From the NCBI RefSeq assembly GCF_009914755.1, contig NC_060925.1: DNA of 64,000 nucleotides, one strand, 5' to 3'. Position numbers and translations under genes: made by a program. The stretch comes from the human T2T-CHM13v2.0 reference genome, Homo sapiens. The notes under the pieces were generated by a model. The model ran no database searches. It saw nothing but the letters and a program-made list of their open reading frames with translations, and was not told where the DNA came from. Below are positions 59,381 to 64,000 of this stretch, piece by piece. Positions within the stretch are counted from its first letter, which is position 1; every line of letters starts with the position of its first letter.

Positions 59381-60419
59381 TAACCCCATAATAACAGTGT
59401 CTACTTTAATCCTGAGAAGAGTTATCAGATATTTACTAACACTATTTTATTTTTCTTTTACTAAATATATTAAGAATATATATGATGATGAAAGCTCTGA
59501 CATTTCATAGTGGTTCCTTTTCTGAGTTTAAAAGCTTATTTTTTCCTTTTGTTCGGTTTTTAGGCTTGCTTAATATTTACCAGTACTGATTTATATTAAA
59601 TTTGATGAAGTCTTATAAAAATGACCCTTCACAAATTTTTCACAAAATGATCTTCAAGTCTAGACAAAAAGAAGGATGGAGAAAAAAAAATCACCAGAAT
59701 CAATCTGCGGTTCAGAAATTCAGTAGCTTTGGGATGCTGGGAATCTCTAATGATTATTGTAAAAACTGGAGATATGAATAAGCAACCAAGTAAAGCAGCC
59801 ATTGCACATCTTATTCCTATTTCCCACTTCTCAACTTTGTCTGGAAAACTCTTCCAGTAATAAACTGGTAATTACATCCAACATGATCTTTTTCTTATTC
59901 CTACCTCTCCTCCCTACTCCTATAAAATCTTTTCTGCAATAGCAACACTTCTTTGAGGGACAGAAAATGTGTAAGACTGAATATCAAGTAAACTGTCAAA
60001 GAGTGAATACGCCTTATCTAAATTGCTCTATTATAATCTTGAAGTATAAAGCAGATCAAGAATAAAAGTCCAAGAAGCAGAATAAACAAATAACTTAAGC
60101 CTCCCTTAATCCAGTGGGAATTGATTGATTGCCAATATTAAATTTACAATTCATACTAATATATAAATTAGCTATTTATTTCATTGATAAACTTGTTTAC
60201 TAATTTATCTAAATTCACAAGCACAAATGTTTTATCTAAAAATCTAACCTCCGTACAAGTGACTATAATTAGAAATATAATATATAAGATTTTAATTCAA
60301 ATATCTCATAGTTATAATTACTTTTTTATTTTTCCTCACCACAAACAACTGCTACATATATCTGTAAATTTTGCTTTCTTTCTACCTTTCCCTTTGAGAT
60401 CCTAAGTGTTCTATTACTA

Positions 60420-60900
60420 AAATTTACATTTCCCACATTGATAGATATTTGATAGGTTTCTAAGTTTTTGCTGTTATAAACATTGTTAATATGAGCAACT
60501 TTAAACATTTTTGGCATGCATATATGAGTATCTCTAATGAATATACATAAAACTGGAATAAGGAGTTACTGAGTAGGCATATCCAACTTTCCAAGATAAA
60601 GCATAATTATTTTCCAATGTGGCTAAGAAATTTAAACTCTTAAATATTAATATTTCACAACTTCCCACTATATTTTACTTGCTAATTTTTGGTACTTTCA
60701 AACTATAAGTTTCATTAACATAGTGGCTATAAAATTATATTTATGTAGTAATTTTTTGCATTTTCTTTATCACAATTAAGGTTCAACATTTTCATATTGT
60801 TATTTAATAGTAATCTACTCCCTGAATTTAATTTATTTTTTAAACCTGGGTCTTGCTAGATTTCAAAAGTAACGTTGTTTAATTAATTGTTGTAATTCTA
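60420..60900 (-). mobile_element. Old L1ME relic
   Basis: TTGATAGATATTTGATAGGTTTCTAAGTTTTTGCTGTTATAAACATTG...TTTGCATTTTCTTTATCAC. Confidence 0.55.
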
Positions 60901-61219
60901 TCTTATACCACTTGTTTAGGTTGCAAGTCAGTCCAATGAAATGAATCCATGTTTACTCTGTATAATTGATTTCTAAGTCTTCATGAATAAGAAACACAAG
61001 TTATGTGCTATTTTTATGCTAGCATTATACACTTTTTCTCTGTGTGTTTGTATACATATGAAATGATATATTTGGGTTCAAAAATTAGGATTATAAAGGG
61101 CTTCCAAGGATGCAATTAAGCATTTTGTGTGCTGAGCATCTTTGTTGATGCTAGTGGTTTCTGTAGCAGTGTTCTTCCAAGTTAAGGAAATATTTTTTTA
61201 AAAGGCAATGATTTGTTTA

Positions 61220-61483
<264 letters not shown>

Positions 61484-61974
61484 TCAAATTAATGTAGTTC
61501 TGTATGACAAAGTGCAGTCTATACACAGATAAATATAGATGGTGTGCTCTCTAGACAAAATGGAAAATAAAAAAAAAGGACAGTATGTAATCCATCAATG
61601 AAGAAGCTGGAAAAATAACCACACATGTCTAAAACACATGGAAAAGAAGAATTAAAAGGCTTATTCCAGACCTGCAAGGTGGCGTCAGGAAAATAGGGAT
61701 CAAAAGGCCCAGAAACGTAGAAATACTTAAAAGAACTGTTCATTTTCTGTTGTTCAAGGTTGTTCTCTCAACTAAGGTAGCATTTTATATGCTCGTTTTA
61801 TATACTGTGGATTATCCCTATGACGTGTTTGAAGCACTTTAAACCTTGGTAGATTCACGGATGTTTACTACTTTAATGTGTGTAACTCTGTGTTGTCTTA
61901 TCACTTATCTTAGTCTTCTGCATTCATATAAGAAGATAAAATTACGCTTATATGAAATTGTAATGTTACCTAAT

Positions 61975-62095
61975 TAAATGTTTCCTTCATGGGATCAGGG
62001 CCAATGTCTGCTTGCTTACTAGTCTATGTTCAATGTCTTTCTGGATAATTACCACGTTAGAAAACTTAATAAATGTTCATTGAGAAAATAAAAAC
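61975..62095 (+). mobile_element. L2 3'-end fragment
   Basis: CATGGGATCAGGGCCAATGTCTGCTTGCTTACT...AACTTAATAAATGTTCATTGA. Confidence 0.5.
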
Positions 62096-64000
62096 TAAAA
62101 TAATTGTTACCCATTATTTATTATCAAATTATATTTATATATAAATAAGAATAAAAATTAAATTGTATTAAAATTAAATAATCTATAGCCCCTGTAGGGT
62201 AAATCCCATGTGATTTTCTGGCTGTAAACAAAATAGGTATAATCCCTAAGGAATAAATAATTGTGAAAGCAAATGTGAATGAATATATTTTACCAATGGA
62301 AACAATGTCTTTGAAATATCAATTATATCTGGAAATAATTGGTTTAATTTAGTTTTAAATTATCAATTATGTAACACAGGGTGCAAGCAAGTCTCTGTGT
62401 CTCTGTCGATATTTCCGAGAGAGAAAAAAAAGAGAAACACCTATTCTAACTTAAATCTGATCTTTACTTTTGTTCTTCAAATTAAGTCCTTCCAAGAAAA
62501 AATAAATATAAAAGTCCCTTAGGGTTAATAGAATAACTCAAAACATAATCCCAACAACACAGCACTTTTAAAGCTATTATTTACTGAAAACTTGTACTAG
62601 TTGCTATGAAAATAATCCTTATTAAGTTCATGTGTAGAGATAACATTTAGTGTAATTTAACCAGAAATGGTGTAGAATAACACAGAAGAAAAATAAAAAT
62701 TGAATTTTGATGTGAAAATTTAACTAAGTTGTATTAATTCTAATAATATGTATTATCCATTGTCAGTGTATGGTAATCAGATTATTTCTTTATTAGAAAG
62801 AGCTCATAAAATTGAAGGAAGCTTAGAGTAATTTTGTAAGTTCACTATGTTCTTGAAAACAACAGACTTACAGGGGAAAATATTCAACAACTTACTTAAG
62901 ACTATCAGTTATCCTTCCATAATAACTGTGTCACCAGCTCCTGCAGAATGTCATAGAATTTTATTTAGAATGTTTCATTTTATAATTTGTTTTATCCCAT
63001 ATATTGCAAGACATTAAAATATTAACAAACGTACATGGTTTCGATGAATACCAGCATACATTTTCAATTTGCAAATTATAGCTCACTTAGAAGTTGTAAG
63101 GGATTATTTTCTATGGATAAATAATATCATTTATAATAAAGTTTCAAATTATTTTCCTCAGAAAGGTTGAAGTAACTTTTTGTTAATTAACTGCTATATC
63201 AGAAATGATTTAGCTAAAAAAGCATGAATAATTTATTGTCACAAATAATTATAATTTATATGATTTACAATTATGAATGTCTTATGATTTATTCTACATT
63301 TTCAATTTATGTCATTCTTAGGTACTTTCTTAAATAACTATGAATCAAAACATATTGAGAAAGCATTAAAAATATTTTTATTACATTCGTAGGCATTAAC
63401 TATCTTCCTTATATATTCCTTGACATACTTTATTACTTAAATAAAACATATAACTCTATTTAAATAAAAAATGTAAAATTATATTTTAAAACATGGATAT
63501 TGTTTTGAAATTATGTATATATCATTTTAAATATAATATTTAATTGTATTCATTTCAATAAATTATTTGATTTTGATTTTCTCTACAGTCTTTTGTGGTC
63601 ACACATTTAATCACAAAACACCTGTGAATTACATAATCTTATTCGTAAAAATTATAGACAGGAACCTAAGCAGAAGATGTTATCGCCAATTGAACTATGG
63701 ATGCTTTGTTGTATGACTGCATTTACAAATTATTTGACCTCCTTTAGATTTGGTCTTATGTTGAGTATAGGCAACCTATTTTAAAATAGCCTTCTTCACA
63801 TTTGTTTTCTAATCAGCACAAAACCATCAACCTCTACCTGGAGAATTGCTGTGAATTTAGAATTTGCAATAAGTGTTGAGTTCTTCATAGTGTGCGAAAC
63901 AATTTGTATTCATTTTGCCTATTTATATAGAAAAATGTTTGGTCTTGATCATACTCTTGATGATTCAGTAATATTATTCAGAATGATTTATAAAATATTT

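Overview
Primate (very probably human) AT-rich, repeat-dense non-coding DNA, either intergenic or deep intronic. I see no host protein-coding gene, RNA gene, CRISPR array or prokaryotic feature. Recognisable ORFs in the track are transposon-derived (L1 ORF1/ORF2, Hsmar2 mariner transposase, Alu/THE1 read-through); the rest look like chance ORFs. The window holds about 15 Alu pieces (one AluYa5, one Alu nested in an Alu), a 4.5-kb 5'-truncated L1PA3-like copy, two twin-primed (5'-inverted) L1s, older L1/L2/MIR relics, THE1, MST, MLT1, MLT2, MER4 and MER68/21 LTRs, and Hsmar2, Tigger3a and MER94 DNA transposons. I could not find a new gene-encoded system. The most unusual signal is a cluster of fossil template-switch/DNA-repair scars. 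Three 138-240 bp tracts were copied from donors 1.2-2.2 kb away: two into older repeats, and one Alu tract into unrelated sequence. There is also a triplicated 35-bp motif and three hairpin-forming micro-inversions inside transposons. Subfamily names come from my recall of consensus sequences and need RepeatMasker/Dfam confirmation.
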